Shown: piece after piece, positions 45,737 through 55,349 of the stretch
Layout of the letters: each line of letters starts with the position of its first letter
Numbering within the stretch: position 1 is the first letter of the stretch
DNA from: Candidatus Sericytochromatia bacterium
GTDB taxonomy: Bacteria > Cyanobacteriota > Sericytochromatia > S15B-MN24 > VGJW01
Length of the DNA: 64,000 nt
Direction: 5' to 3'
Assembly: GCA_035285865.1 (NCBI GenBank)
Contig: JAYKHS010000010.1
Location: 1 to 64,000 of the forward strand
The notes under the pieces: generated by a model
Told to the model about the DNA's origin: nothing
Database searches by the model: none
The model's input: the letters and a program-made list of their open reading frames with translations, nothing else
Position numbers and translations under genes: made by a program

Positions 45737-47062
45737 TCAGGCCCCGGAGGCGGCCGCAAGCGCCTTGTCGAGCTTGCTCACGGCTTCGTCCACGTCGGAT
45801 TTCGAGACGGTCATGGGCGGAGTCATCCGGATGACATTGCCCATCAGCCCCCCCTTGCCGATCACGAGCCCCTCCTCGCGGGCCGCTTCGATGACCTTCT
45901 GAAGCTCCGGCTTGGCCGGCTCCTTGGTCTGGCGGTCCTTGACCAGTTCGAGGGCCTGCATCAAGCCCATGCCGCGGACATCGCCGATGAGCGGGTACTT
46001 GTCGCGCAGCTCCTCGAGGCGGCTGCGGAAGTGAGCACCGACCTTGGCGGCGTTGCCGGGCAGGTCACGCTTCTCCATGGCTTCCACGGTCGCGAGGGCC
46101 GCCGTCGCACTGATGGGGTTGCCCCCGAAGGTGTTGAGGTAGACCTTGCCGTTGAGGGCATGGCTGATGGCATCCGTCGTGATCATCCAGCCCATCGGCA
46201 GGCCGTTCGCGATGCCCTTGGCGCCAGTCATGATGTCGGGCGTCACACCCCACTGCTCGATGCCGAACCACTTGTCGCCCGTCCTGCCGAAGCCGGACTG
46301 GACCTCGTCTGCAATGAACAGTCCGCCGTACTTGCGGGCGATCGCCGCCGCTTCCTTGAAGTAGTCCGGCGGTGGCGTGATGAATCCGCCCACGCCCTGG
46401 ATGGGCTCGGCGATGAAGGCGGCGATCTGGCCGTCTGTCGTGGTCTGGATGGCCGTTTCGATGTCCTTGGCACATTCCAGATTGCAACTGTCGGGCTTCT
46501 TGCCGAACGGGCACCGGTAGCAGTACGCGTTGGCGGCGTGCGTGACCGGGAAGGCATTGGGCTCGTTGATCCGCCAGGTGCCATGCGCCGTCAGCGACAT
46601 GGCGCCTGCCGTCCCGCCCGAGTAGCAGTGCCGCAGGGCCACGACCTGCTTGCGACCGGTGTGCGCCTGAGCCATCTGGATGGCCTTTTCGTCGGCCTCG
46701 GAGCCCGAGTTCGTGAAGAACGAGCGCTTGAGGTCACCGGGCGCAATGGCCGCCAGCTTCTCGGCGAGATCGGCCTGAGCCTCGATGGGGAAGAGCGTAC
46801 TCGTGTGCTGCAACGTCCTGAGCTGGTCCACGATGCGCTCGGTGATCTCCTCGTCGCAGTGACCGACCGAAACCGTGACGATGCCGCCGAAGAAGTCCAG
46901 ATATTCCTTGCCGTCGGCGTCCGTCAGGTGGACGCCCTTGCCGGACACGAAAGGCAGGGGATCCGCGTAGTGCGAACCCAGGGACGGCAGCAGATACTCC
47001 TTGTGTTTGCCGACGATGTCCTTGCGTGACTTGGCCTTTGTCTTCGAAGTCGTGGAAGACAT
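45737..47062 (-). CDS. Class III PLP aminotransferase (AGXT2-like; probable beta-alanine aminotransferase)
   Basis: YLDFFGG, AEPIQGVGG, DEVQSGFGRTG, AKGIANG, NTFGGNP; operon context. Confidence 0.9.
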   Translation of the reverse strand: MSSTTSKTKAKSRKDIVGKHKEYLLPSLGSHYADPLPFVSGKGVHLTDADGKEYLDFFGGIVTVSVGHCDEEITERIVDQLRTLQHTSTLFPIEAQADLAEKLAAIAPGDLKRSFFTNSGSEADEKAIQMAQAHTGRKQVVALRHCYSGGTAGAMSLTAHGTWRINEPNAFPVTHAANAYCYRCPFGKKPDSCNLECAKDIETAIQTTTDGQIAAFIAEPIQGVGGFITPPPDYFKEAAAIARKYGGLFIADEVQSGFGRTGDKWFGIEQWGVTPDIMTGAKGIANGLPMGWMITTDAISHALNGKVYLNTFGGNPISATAALATVEAMEKRDLPGNAAKVGAHFRSRLEELRDKYPLIGDVRGMGLMQALELVKDRQTKEPAKPELQKVIEAAREEGLVIGKGGLMGNVIRMTPPMTVSKSDVDEAVSKLDKALAAASGA

Positions 47063-47068
47063 GCGGGT

Positions 47069-47938
47069 TCAGACCTCCACCATCGCGCCGTAGGTTTCTG
47101 GGCGACGGTCCCGGATGAACTGCCACGTGTTCCGGACTTCCTTGATCTGGTCCAGATCCAGGTCGGCCACGATGATCTCGTCCTGGTCCCGGCTGCCGAC
47201 GGCAAGGAACTCGCCCTTGGGATTGACGAAGTAGCTCTGGCCATAGAATTCGCCGATGTTCCACGGTCCCTCGGTGCCGACGCGGTTGATCGCCCCCACG
47301 AAGACCTGGTTGGCCACGGCGTGGGCGGGCTGCTCGAGCTTCCAGAGGTATTCCGAAAGTCCGGCCACCGTGGCTGAGGGATTGAAGATGATCTCGGCAC
47401 CGTTGAGCGCGAGCAGGCGCATGCCCTCGGGGAAGTGGCGGTCGTAGCAGATGTAGACGCCAATCGTGCCGTAGGCCGTCTTGAAGGTCGGATAGCCCAG
47501 GTTTCCGGGCTTGAAGTAGAACTTCTCCCAGAAGCCGGGGTTGCAGTGGGGGATGTGGTTCTTGCGGTACTTGCCGAGGTAGGTCCCGTCCGCGTCGATG
47601 ACGGCTGCAGTGTTGTAGTAGACCCCCGTCAGGTCCTCCTCGTAGATGGGCACCACGATGACCATCCGATGCTTCTTCGCGAGGTCCTGCATCAGCTTCG
47701 TCGTGGGGCCATCGGGGATTTGCTCGGCCGAGGCGTACCATTTGGTCGTCTGCTCGGCGCAGAAGTACGGGCCGTTGAAGATTTCCTGCAGACAAAGGAC
47801 CTGGACGCCCTTGGCCGCAGCTTCCTCGATGAGCTTCACGTGCTTGTCGTTCATCGCCTGCTTGATTTCATCGACCGTGTGGTCGGACGAGAGGCAGTTG
47901 GCGGCCTGGATGAGACCACACCGGACGATACGGGCCAT
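47069..47938 (-). CDS. Nitrilase-family beta-ureidopropionase
   Basis: CLQE, YRKNHIP, FWEKFYF, ICYDRHFPE. Confidence 0.9.
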   Translation of the reverse strand: MARIVRCGLIQAANCLSSDHTVDEIKQAMNDKHVKLIEEAAAKGVQVLCLQEIFNGPYFCAEQTTKWYASAEQIPDGPTTKLMQDLAKKHRMVIVVPIYEEDLTGVYYNTAAVIDADGTYLGKYRKNHIPHCNPGFWEKFYFKPGNLGYPTFKTAYGTIGVYICYDRHFPEGMRLLALNGAEIIFNPSATVAGLSEYLWKLEQPAHAVANQVFVGAINRVGTEGPWNIGEFYGQSYFVNPKGEFLAVGSRDQDEIIVADLDLDQIKEVRNTWQFIRDRRPETYGAMVEV

Positions 47939-47985
47939 TGGGGCGTTGCTCCTTGGATGGGGTTGCGGAACGAGGGCAGCGGAAT

Positions 47986-49281
47986 TCAGTGCTTCCAGGC
48001 GTATTCGGGCAAGGTGGCCTGTCCGCTGGTGAACTGCTTCCACGAGACCTCGGGCAAGCCGCGGTCGACCTCGACCATCTCGATGCAGTTCTCGACCGGA
48101 CAGACGAGCGAACAGAGGTTGCAGCCCGTGCACTCGTCCGCGGCCACGTGCGGCACGCGCCCGCCGTCGTCCGGTGCCTTGCCGGTGCCGTCGCCTGGCA
48201 GGTAGATGCAGTGGTGACTGCCGTCTCGACAGGCAACGAAGCAGAGTTGGCAGCCGATGCACTTGTCGGCGTTGATCCGGGCCACGACCTTGAAGTTGAG
48301 ATCGAGGTCCTCCCAAGGTCTGAAATTCCGCGAAGCCAGACCTGCGAAGTCCTCGATGGTGCGGTAGCCCTTCTCGTCCATGAACCGGGAGAGGCCGTCG
48401 GCCATGTCCTCGACGATGCGGTAGCCGTGGTGCATGACCGCCGTGCAGACCTGGACGCTGGTGCATCCCAGGGCGATGAACTCGGCAGCGTCCCGCCAGG
48501 TGCTGATGCCGCCGATGCCCGAGATCGGCAGATTGAATTCCTGATGACGGGCCAGTTCACCCACCATCCGCAGGGCAATGGGTTTCACGGCGGGGCCGCA
48601 GTAGCCGCCGTTGGTCGAGGCGCCGCCCACGTTCGGAACCGGGACCATGGTGTCCAGATCCACGGCCATGAGGCTCTTGATGGTGTTGATGAGGCTGACC
48701 GCGTGTGCGCCACCGTGCTGGGCCGCCATCGCAGGGGGGACGATTTCCGAGATGTTGGGCGTGAGCTTGACGATGACGGGAATCGTGCTGGTGCGCATGA
48801 CCCAGTTCGTGATCCGCTCGAGGATCTTGGGCTCCTGGCCGACGGCAGAGCCCATGCCCCTCTCGCACATGCCGTGCGGACAGCCGAAATTCAGCTCGAG
48901 ACCCTTCGCTCCAGCCTCAATCGACCGCTCGATGTTCTCTTTCCACTCGTCCTCGGTCTCGAACATCAGCGACACGATGGTCGCACGGTCCGGATACTTG
49001 CGCGTGACCTCCCGGATCTCCTGGTAGTTCACGTCGAGGGGCCTGTCGGTGATGAGTTCGATGTTGTTGAGGCCCATCATCTTCTGGCCTCCCCAGTTGT
49101 TCGCCGCGAAGCGCGCCGAGACATTGCGGATCGGGGTGCCCAGCGTCTTCCAGACGGCACCGCCCCAGCCGTGGTCGTAGGCCCGCATGATCTGGGCCCC
49201 GGTGTTGGTCGGCGGCGCCGATGCCAGCCAGAACGGATTCGGCGCGGTGATGCCTGCGAAATTTACGGACAGGTCTGCCAT
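47986..49281 (-). CDS. preA: Dihydropyrimidine dehydrogenase subunit PreA
   Basis: NPFWLASAPPT, GLNNIELI, LNFGCPHGMCERGMG, KLTPN; C-terminal 2x[4Fe-4S]. Confidence 0.96.
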   Translation of the reverse strand: MADLSVNFAGITAPNPFWLASAPPTNTGAQIMRAYDHGWGGAVWKTLGTPIRNVSARFAANNWGGQKMMGLNNIELITDRPLDVNYQEIREVTRKYPDRATIVSLMFETEDEWKENIERSIEAGAKGLELNFGCPHGMCERGMGSAVGQEPKILERITNWVMRTSTIPVIVKLTPNISEIVPPAMAAQHGGAHAVSLINTIKSLMAVDLDTMVPVPNVGGASTNGGYCGPAVKPIALRMVGELARHQEFNLPISGIGGISTWRDAAEFIALGCTSVQVCTAVMHHGYRIVEDMADGLSRFMDEKGYRTIEDFAGLASRNFRPWEDLDLNFKVVARINADKCIGCQLCFVACRDGSHHCIYLPGDGTGKAPDDGGRVPHVAADECTGCNLCSLVCPVENCIEMVEVDRGLPEVSWKQFTSGQATLPEYAWKH

Positions 49282-49290
49282 GTCGGGCTC

Positions 49291-50649
49291 CTAGCGGGCT
49301 GAGGCCGAGGCGGTGTCGGTCTTGCGGGTCAGCAGGGCGTGGATGCCGTGGGCGGCACGCTTGCCCTCGGCAGCGGCATTGACCACTTCCTTGCCGCCGT
49401 TGGCGCAATCGCCGCCGGCAAAGTAGCGGGCATTGCCGGTCTGGCCTGTCCCGGCATCGACGCGGATACGGCCACGATCGAGGTCGATGCCGGCAATGCC
49501 GGACACGAGGGCGGCGAGTTTCTCCTGTCCGGTGGCCTTGAGGACGAGATCCGCCTCGATCAAACTGGCTTCCGCTTCGTCGACCACCAGCCGTCCCTCG
49601 GCATCGAGCGTCGTGGGGGCGACACGCAGGCCGACGACCCGCCCTTCGCCCGCCAGAGCCAGAGGAGCTGCCCAGTAGCGAATCCTGACGCCTTCCTGCA
49701 ACGCCTGCGCCAGTTCGTGGGCGTAACCGGACATTTCCGCTTCGCCCCGTCGATAGACCATCGTCACGTCAGGAACACCCAGTGCCCGTAACTCGCGGAC
49801 GGCGTCGATGGCCGTGTTGCCACCGCCGACGACGACCGCGCGGCGGATGCCTTCGAGGCTGCAAGACGGGTCGTTCTTCATCCGCTCGATGAAGGCAACG
49901 GCTCCTTCGCACCCCTCGAGGTCCTCACCGGGCATGCCGAGGCGAGAATCGGGCCCGAGGCCGATGCCGAGGAAGACGGCGTCATGGTCCCGTTCGAGGT
50001 CGGCGAACGCGATGTCCCGACCGATCTGGACGCCTGTGCGGATTTCGAAGCCGATGCTCTGGACGTAGGCTACCTCGCGCAGGCTCTCGTCGGCCTGAAG
50101 CTTGTACGGGGCGACACCCGTGGTGTTCAGGCCGCCCGGCGTCCGGCGGCCTTCGTAAACGATGGCTTCATGGCCGAGCCGCGTGAGTTCGTGGGCACAC
50201 GCAAGGCTGGCTGGCCCCGCCCCGACCAAGGCTATCCGGAAGCCCGTAGATGCCCCCTTGGTGAAGAAACGCAGGTCGGAGTCGTAGGCGTGGGTGGTTG
50301 CGTAGCGTTGCAGGCGACCGATCTGGATGGCCGGCTGCTCCATGTGGTTGTAGACGCAGGAACCGGCGCAGAGGACCTCGACCGGGCAGACGGAGGCGCA
50401 CGAGTGGCCGAGGATGTTGGCTTCGAGGATCGTCTCGGCCGAGCCCGAGAGATTTCCCGTCGCGATGCGGCGGATGAACTCGGGGATGTTGATGCCCGTG
50501 GGACACGCCTGGATGCAGGGAGCGTCGTGGCAATACAGGCAGCGATTGGCCTCGGCCACGGCCTGCGTATCCGTCAGCAGGGGCTTGTGGTCGGGTATGG
50601 CACGCTCGAGTCGGTCATCGGACAGGACCGCTCGTGGCTGGAGCGTCAT
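49291..50649 (-). CDS. preT: Dihydropyrimidine dehydrogenase subunit PreT
   Basis: EANRCLYCHDAPC, VGAGPASL, GGGNTAIDA, FAGGDC. Confidence 0.92.
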   Translation of the reverse strand: MTLQPRAVLSDDRLERAIPDHKPLLTDTQAVAEANRCLYCHDAPCIQACPTGINIPEFIRRIATGNLSGSAETILEANILGHSCASVCPVEVLCAGSCVYNHMEQPAIQIGRLQRYATTHAYDSDLRFFTKGASTGFRIALVGAGPASLACAHELTRLGHEAIVYEGRRTPGGLNTTGVAPYKLQADESLREVAYVQSIGFEIRTGVQIGRDIAFADLERDHDAVFLGIGLGPDSRLGMPGEDLEGCEGAVAFIERMKNDPSCSLEGIRRAVVVGGGNTAIDAVRELRALGVPDVTMVYRRGEAEMSGYAHELAQALQEGVRIRYWAAPLALAGEGRVVGLRVAPTTLDAEGRLVVDEAEASLIEADLVLKATGQEKLAALVSGIAGIDLDRGRIRVDAGTGQTGNARYFAGGDCANGGKEVVNAAAEGKRAAHGIHALLTRKTDTASASAR

Positions 50650-50871
50650 GGGCGCAGGACTCCTGGGGTCGGTCGGGGGGACAGGAGAAGCTTGCTGCGT
50701 GCCTGCCGGCCGCACTGCTGGCAGGGGAGTTCAGATTGCGTTAGCATCGTACCAAGCAGCCACGGCAACCCGTCAAATTGGCGCCTCGGCGTGGTGGCCC
50801 GGCGAGGCACCCAAGGGCCTGAGGCCCGCTTCCCGCAACCGTCCCAGTACCTTCATCCGGAGACCTGTCCC

Positions 50872-52272
50872 ATGAGCCTCCTCATCCGCAACGGTCGCAT
50901 CATCACTGCCGTGGATGACTACCACGCGGACATCCACGTTTCCGGCGGCCAAGTGGTGCGCATCGGCAAGGAGCTTGAGGTCGAGGGCGCGCGTGTCATC
51001 GATGCGGCTGGCAAGTACGTGTTCCCGGGAGGGATCGACCCGCACACGCATCTGGACATGCCCTTCGGGGGCACGACCAGTGCGGATACCTTCGAGACCG
51101 GGACCCGTGCCGCGGCTTTCGGCGGGACGACCACCATCGTCGACTTCGCCATCCAGACCAAGGGGCAAGCGACGCTCGAGGGTCTCGAGGCTTGGCACGC
51201 CAAGGCCGCAGGCCAGGCTGTCATCGATTATGGCTTCCACATGATCGTCACCGACATGCCCGAATCGCGCCTGAACGAGATGGGGCGCCTCGCCGACGAG
51301 GGCGTCACCAGCTACAAGCTGTTCATGGCTTATCCGGGTGTGCTGTATAGCGACGATGCCACCATCTTCCGAGCGATGCGGCGCGCCGGCGAGGACGGCA
51401 CGATGATTTGCATGCATGCCGAAAACGGCATCGTCATCGACGAGATCATCAAGCGTGCGGTGGAGGAGGGCAAGACTGCCCCGAAGTACCACGCCGCGAC
51501 GCGGCCCACGCGCATGGAGGGCGAGGGCGTGCACCGCGCCATCGCGATTGCCGAAGTTGCGGGCGTGCCTGTCTACATCGTGCACCTGTCCAGCGCGGAT
51601 GCCCTGGAGGAGGTCAAGCGGGCCCGCAGCCGCGGAGTCCAGGCTTATGCCGAGACCTGTCCGCAGTATCTGTTGCTGGATGAGAGCTACTACGACAAGC
51701 CCGACTTCGAGGGGGCCAAGTACGTCATGACTCCTGCTCTTCGGCATAAGGACAATCAGGACGTGCTCTGGAAGGGGCTGCAGATGGGCCATCTCGCGAC
51801 GATCGCGACGGATCACTGCCCCTTCTGCTTCGGGGGCCAGAAGGAGCTCGGCCGCGAATCGTTCACGAAGATTCCCAATGGTGCTCCGGGCGTGGAGAAC
51901 CGCATGGCCCTCATCTACCATCACGGGGTCAACGCTGGCCGGATCAGCCTGAACAAGTTCGTGGAGCTGACCAGTACGGCCGCCGCGAAGATGTTCGGCA
52001 TGTTCCCCCGCAAGGGCACCATTGCCGTCGGTTCCGACGCGGACCTCGTGGTCTTCGACCCGAACCGCCGCGAGGTCATCAGCGTGGACAACCCCGCGAC
52101 CCACCACATGAAGGTCGACTACAGCACCTACGAAGGCTTTGCCGTCACCGGCTATCCCGACATCGTCATCGCGCGCGGTGAGGTCGTGGTCGAGCAGGGT
52201 GCCTTCCATGGCCGGACCGGGCGAGGCCAGTTCATCCGGCGTGCGCGTTACGGGGAGCTGTTGCGAAACTGA
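50872..52272 (+). CDS. hydA: Dihydropyrimidinase
   Basis: PGGIDPHTH, GGTTT, KLFMAY, HAENG, ETCPQY, TDHCPF, GSDAD. Confidence 0.95.
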   Translation: MSLLIRNGRIITAVDDYHADIHVSGGQVVRIGKELEVEGARVIDAAGKYVFPGGIDPHTHLDMPFGGTTSADTFETGTRAAAFGGTTTIVDFAIQTKGQATLEGLEAWHAKAAGQAVIDYGFHMIVTDMPESRLNEMGRLADEGVTSYKLFMAYPGVLYSDDATIFRAMRRAGEDGTMICMHAENGIVIDEIIKRAVEEGKTAPKYHAATRPTRMEGEGVHRAIAIAEVAGVPVYIVHLSSADALEEVKRARSRGVQAYAETCPQYLLLDESYYDKPDFEGAKYVMTPALRHKDNQDVLWKGLQMGHLATIATDHCPFCFGGQKELGRESFTKIPNGAPGVENRMALIYHHGVNAGRISLNKFVELTSTAAAKMFGMFPRKGTIAVGSDADLVVFDPNRREVISVDNPATHHMKVDYSTYEGFAVTGYPDIVIARGEVVVEQGAFHGRTGRGQFIRRARYGELLRN

Positions 52273-52321
52273 AGCCGGGGCCATTGTCGCGGGTAGTGCT
52301 GCTCCGTCGGCATTGGGCTGC

Positions 52322-52663
52322 TTAGGGGCTTGCGGATGGCGTCACGGCCGATCCGGACGTCGGAGTCCTGGCGTGCGCATCGCTGCGCACGGCATCCCTT
52401 GCCGTCAAGCCCGCGAGTGCGAGTGCACCGAGGCTCCCGACGAGCTTCAGGCCGTCGTCCGCCCCGAGGATGGATTGGCCCCGTGAGGCGCCGATCAGGC
52501 TGGACTGGAAAAATCCCCCGACCAACCCGATCAACAGAGCCCGTTGGAAGTCTCCGGACAGCGTGTAGCCCAAGCCCAATGCGGTCGAACTTGCAATCTG
52601 CGTGGCCCCGGGGTCACTGACAGAGAATGCCAGCAGGGAGGCCGGCGCCGGCAGGCCTGCCAC
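52322..52663 (-). CDS. Hydrophobic hypothetical protein, in frame after the upstream TGA
   Basis: LGLGYTLSGDFQRALL resembles the upstream SGHIYAGDPKRGLV. Confidence 0.45.
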   Translation of the reverse strand: MAGLPAPASLLAFSVSDPGATQIASSTALGLGYTLSGDFQRALLIGLVGGFFQSSLIGASRGQSILGADDGLKLVGSLGALALAGLTARDAVRSDAHARTPTSGSAVTPSASP

Positions 52664-53269
52664 TCACGGGCGCAGGCTGAAGCTCTCCGTGCGAGAGCCG
52701 CCATCCTCCGCCAAGGGACTCGCTGAAGTGTTCTGACGCAACCTCCCTGCCGTTGCCGCTGCATCCAGTGGGATGGCCACCGCCGGGGCGACAAGCACGG
52801 CAAAACCCGCGATGCCGAGAAGTTCCTTCCACGGACTGGGTGCCATACCGTACGAGGATGCGAGAGACATGGCTGCGCCTGCCATAGATCCGGTTAGGCC
52901 CAATGCCACAGCAACCAGTCCTCTTTTCGGGTCACCCGCATAGATGTGGCCGGAGGCCATGGCAATAGGAATGGCCAACCCCGAGAGGCCCCCTGTGGCA
53001 GGGGACATGACCATCAAGAGTGGGTAGCTGGCAAGCGAGAGTGGCGTCAGGGCAAGCGGCAGCAGTGCCGCAACGAGCGGCTGGGGGGCTGGCATTCCGG
53101 TCGCACGAGGGGAATCCTCCGGTACCGGTACGGTTACTGTCTCGGTCGGGACGGAACCCGAGGCCGATAGCGTATGGCCATCGGTAGGCAGCGAATCGGA
53201 GGCATGGGCCGGACCGGCAGCCATGAGCGTGATCGCCAGGGCGGCAGAAATTTGACGATGCTGGATCAT
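52664..53269 (-). CDS. Secreted/membrane hypothetical protein
   Basis: Signal peptide ending AHA; GHIYAGDPKRG; hydrophobic segments. Confidence 0.6.
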   Translation of the reverse strand: MIQHRQISAALAITLMAAGPAHASDSLPTDGHTLSASGSVPTETVTVPVPEDSPRATGMPAPQPLVAALLPLALTPLSLASYPLLMVMSPATGGLSGLAIPIAMASGHIYAGDPKRGLVAVALGLTGSMAGAAMSLASSYGMAPSPWKELLGIAGFAVLVAPAVAIPLDAAATAGRLRQNTSASPLAEDGGSRTESFSLRP

Positions 53270-53335
53270 GTGGGGTCTATGCCCCGACCCATGCCCCAAT
53301 ATTCCACCTCGTCCTCGTCTGCGTGCGTCGATGAC

Positions 53336-53857
53336 ATGCCGGTTGTCTTGCCTGACTTGCTCGCGCCGGGCCTGCATGTCGTATTCTGCGGAACGGCCCC
53401 TGGCCATCACTCCGCGAGGAAGGGCGCCTACTACGCGGGGCCCGGCAATCGTTTCTGGCCGACCCTGCACCTCGTCGGGCTGACTCCTCGGCCTCTCTTG
53501 CCGGAGCAGGCGCTGGAACTGCTCGCTCTGGGCCTGGGGTTGACGGATCTCGTGAAACATCGTGCCGGCAGCGACCATGAACTGGCCCCGGAAGACTACG
53601 ATGCCGCTGCCCTCGAAGATCGTCTTCTGGCCGTTGCGCCGCAGATCGTGGCCTTCACCAGCAAGCAGGCAGCCCGCATGGCCCTCGGGCTCCGCCACGT
53701 GGCCTACGGATGCAGTCCAGACCAGCGCTTTGCCGGGGCTGAGGTCCACGTTCTGACTTCACCTTCCGGGCGGGCCACATCCTGGTGGGACGTGGCTCCC
53801 TGGCAGGCCTTGGCGGAACGCGTGCGCGTGCTGCAGGGCCTCGGTGACAAAGCCTGA
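53336..53857 (+). CDS. mug: Mismatch-specific uracil-DNA glycosylase family protein
   Basis: LPDLL, VFCGTAPG, YYAGPGNRFW, GLGLTDLVK, LTSPSG; start approximate. Confidence 0.88.
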   Translation: MPVVLPDLLAPGLHVVFCGTAPGHHSARKGAYYAGPGNRFWPTLHLVGLTPRPLLPEQALELLALGLGLTDLVKHRAGSDHELAPEDYDAAALEDRLLAVAPQIVAFTSKQAARMALGLRHVAYGCSPDQRFAGAEVHVLTSPSGRATSWWDVAPWQALAERVRVLQGLGDKA

Positions 53858-53895
53858 CCTCCTGCGAGCCGACGCCATTGGCGGCTCGCAGGAGG
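53858..53895. terminator. 14-bp perfect stem between convergent genes
   Basis: CCTCCTGCGAGCCG / CGGCTCGCAGGAGG. Confidence 0.75.
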
Positions 53896-53921
53896 CGATG
53901 TTCCAATCCGAGTCGGAGGTG

Positions 53922-55184
53922 TCAGCGCGTGGCGAGGTCCGCGTTAACCAGTCCGTGGCCATAGATGTCATCCTTGCCGGCCTTGCCCATGTCGCTGGCG
54001 GTGCGCTGGACATGGTCGCGCACCTGCTTCCAGGTCCACTCTGGATGCATGGACCAGACCAGGGCGGCGACGCCCGCGGCGACCGGGGCGGCCATGGAGG
54101 TACCCCTCAGGGAGGCGTAGTTGAGGGGCACGCCCTTCTCGTTCAGCGGGACACGGAAGGTCGGTGTGGTGTTCATGATGTCGACTCCGGGGGCTGCCAC
54201 CGCGATCTGGGGCCCGAAGCACGAGAAGGCAGCCTTGGCATCCTGCGGGTCCGTCGCCGCCACGGCCATGTAGTAATCGGTGATCCGGGCCGGGCTGCCG
54301 ACTTCGCCGTTGTGGTTGCCGGCAGCGGCCACGGGGAGCGCCCCCTTGTAGGTGGCGTAGAGGCCAGCCGCGCGCGAGATGGGATCCTCCGTGGTGGTCG
54401 CGGAACCGAGGCTGAGGTTGATGACGACCCGGACCTTGTGGGTGACACCGTAGTCGGCGGCATACTTGATGCCCTGTGCAATCGAGAAAATGCTGCCGCC
54501 ACCTTTCGCGCCCAGCACGGCCACGGGCAGGATGCGCACCTCGGGGGCCACGCCCGCCACGCCTTCCGCATTGTCGGCGACGGCGCCGATGATGCCTGCC
54601 ACGTGGGTGCCGTGTCCGAACGCATCCAGCCCGTCCGCCTTGCTGTCGGCATAGGAGACGCCCGTTGAGGCCATGTTTGCCATCAGGTCGGGATGACGGT
54701 AGTCGACGCCGGTATCGACCACCGCCGCGACCACACCCTTGCCCCGGGTACGGGTCCAGGCTGCCTCGGTGCCGATGCGGGGCAGATACCACTGGTCCTT
54801 GGAGAGGGGATCGGCCGACAGGGGCATCACGAAGCCGGGCAGGGCGGGCAAGGCGATGGGAGCGGCGAGCACGACGGCCCGGTTCGGCGTCACGCCGACC
54901 ACACCGGACAAGGCCGTCAGCGCGAGACGGCTTCCGGCCCCGGGGGCCTCGTCGGCAAGGACCTTGTGGAAGGTGCCCGCAGGACCGAGATCCAGCGACT
55001 GGCGGACGGTAACGCCCTTCAGCACGGGCGGGGCGGCAGTCCGGGTCTGGACAATCCATTCGCCCGGGATGGCCTGCCCATCGATGATGGGCTGGCTGCT
55101 GCTCTGGGTCAGCGGGATGCCTGCGGTGCCGCAGCCCGCGACCAGAGTGACCGCAAGGGCAAGGGGGCGAAAGGAGTGTGCCAC
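53922..55184 (-). CDS. S8 subtilase lipoprotein
   Basis: Lipobox VAGC; VDTG, GHGTHVAG, AAAGN, GTSMAAP. Confidence 0.93.
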   Translation of the reverse strand: MAHSFRPLALAVTLVAGCGTAGIPLTQSSSQPIIDGQAIPGEWIVQTRTAAPPVLKGVTVRQSLDLGPAGTFHKVLADEAPGAGSRLALTALSGVVGVTPNRAVVLAAPIALPALPGFVMPLSADPLSKDQWYLPRIGTEAAWTRTRGKGVVAAVVDTGVDYRHPDLMANMASTGVSYADSKADGLDAFGHGTHVAGIIGAVADNAEGVAGVAPEVRILPVAVLGAKGGGSIFSIAQGIKYAADYGVTHKVRVVINLSLGSATTTEDPISRAAGLYATYKGALPVAAAGNHNGEVGSPARITDYYMAVAATDPQDAKAAFSCFGPQIAVAAPGVDIMNTTPTFRVPLNEKGVPLNYASLRGTSMAAPVAAGVAALVWSMHPEWTWKQVRDHVQRTASDMGKAGKDDIYGHGLVNADLATR

Positions 55185-55349
55185 GGGGTCTCTCCGAAAA
55201 TGCTCAGAACAACTTGGGAACGGACGAAGCGTGTGGCACCCACCTCCCAGACTTCTCCCAGCTTCAGGGTGTCCCGGCTGGGAGGTGCTTGTCGGGTCAC
55301 GGTTTCACGCTGGACGTGTTGCCCCCCGCACGTCCCAGGTCAGCACATC

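Noticed and set aside
52664..52666. Selenocysteine read-through at the TGA
   Set aside because: No redox-motif context and no evident SECIS hairpin
53385..53405. MUG inactivated by GTAPG instead of GINPG
   Set aside because: GTA-type motifs occur in a natural subgroup of this family; not evidence of decay
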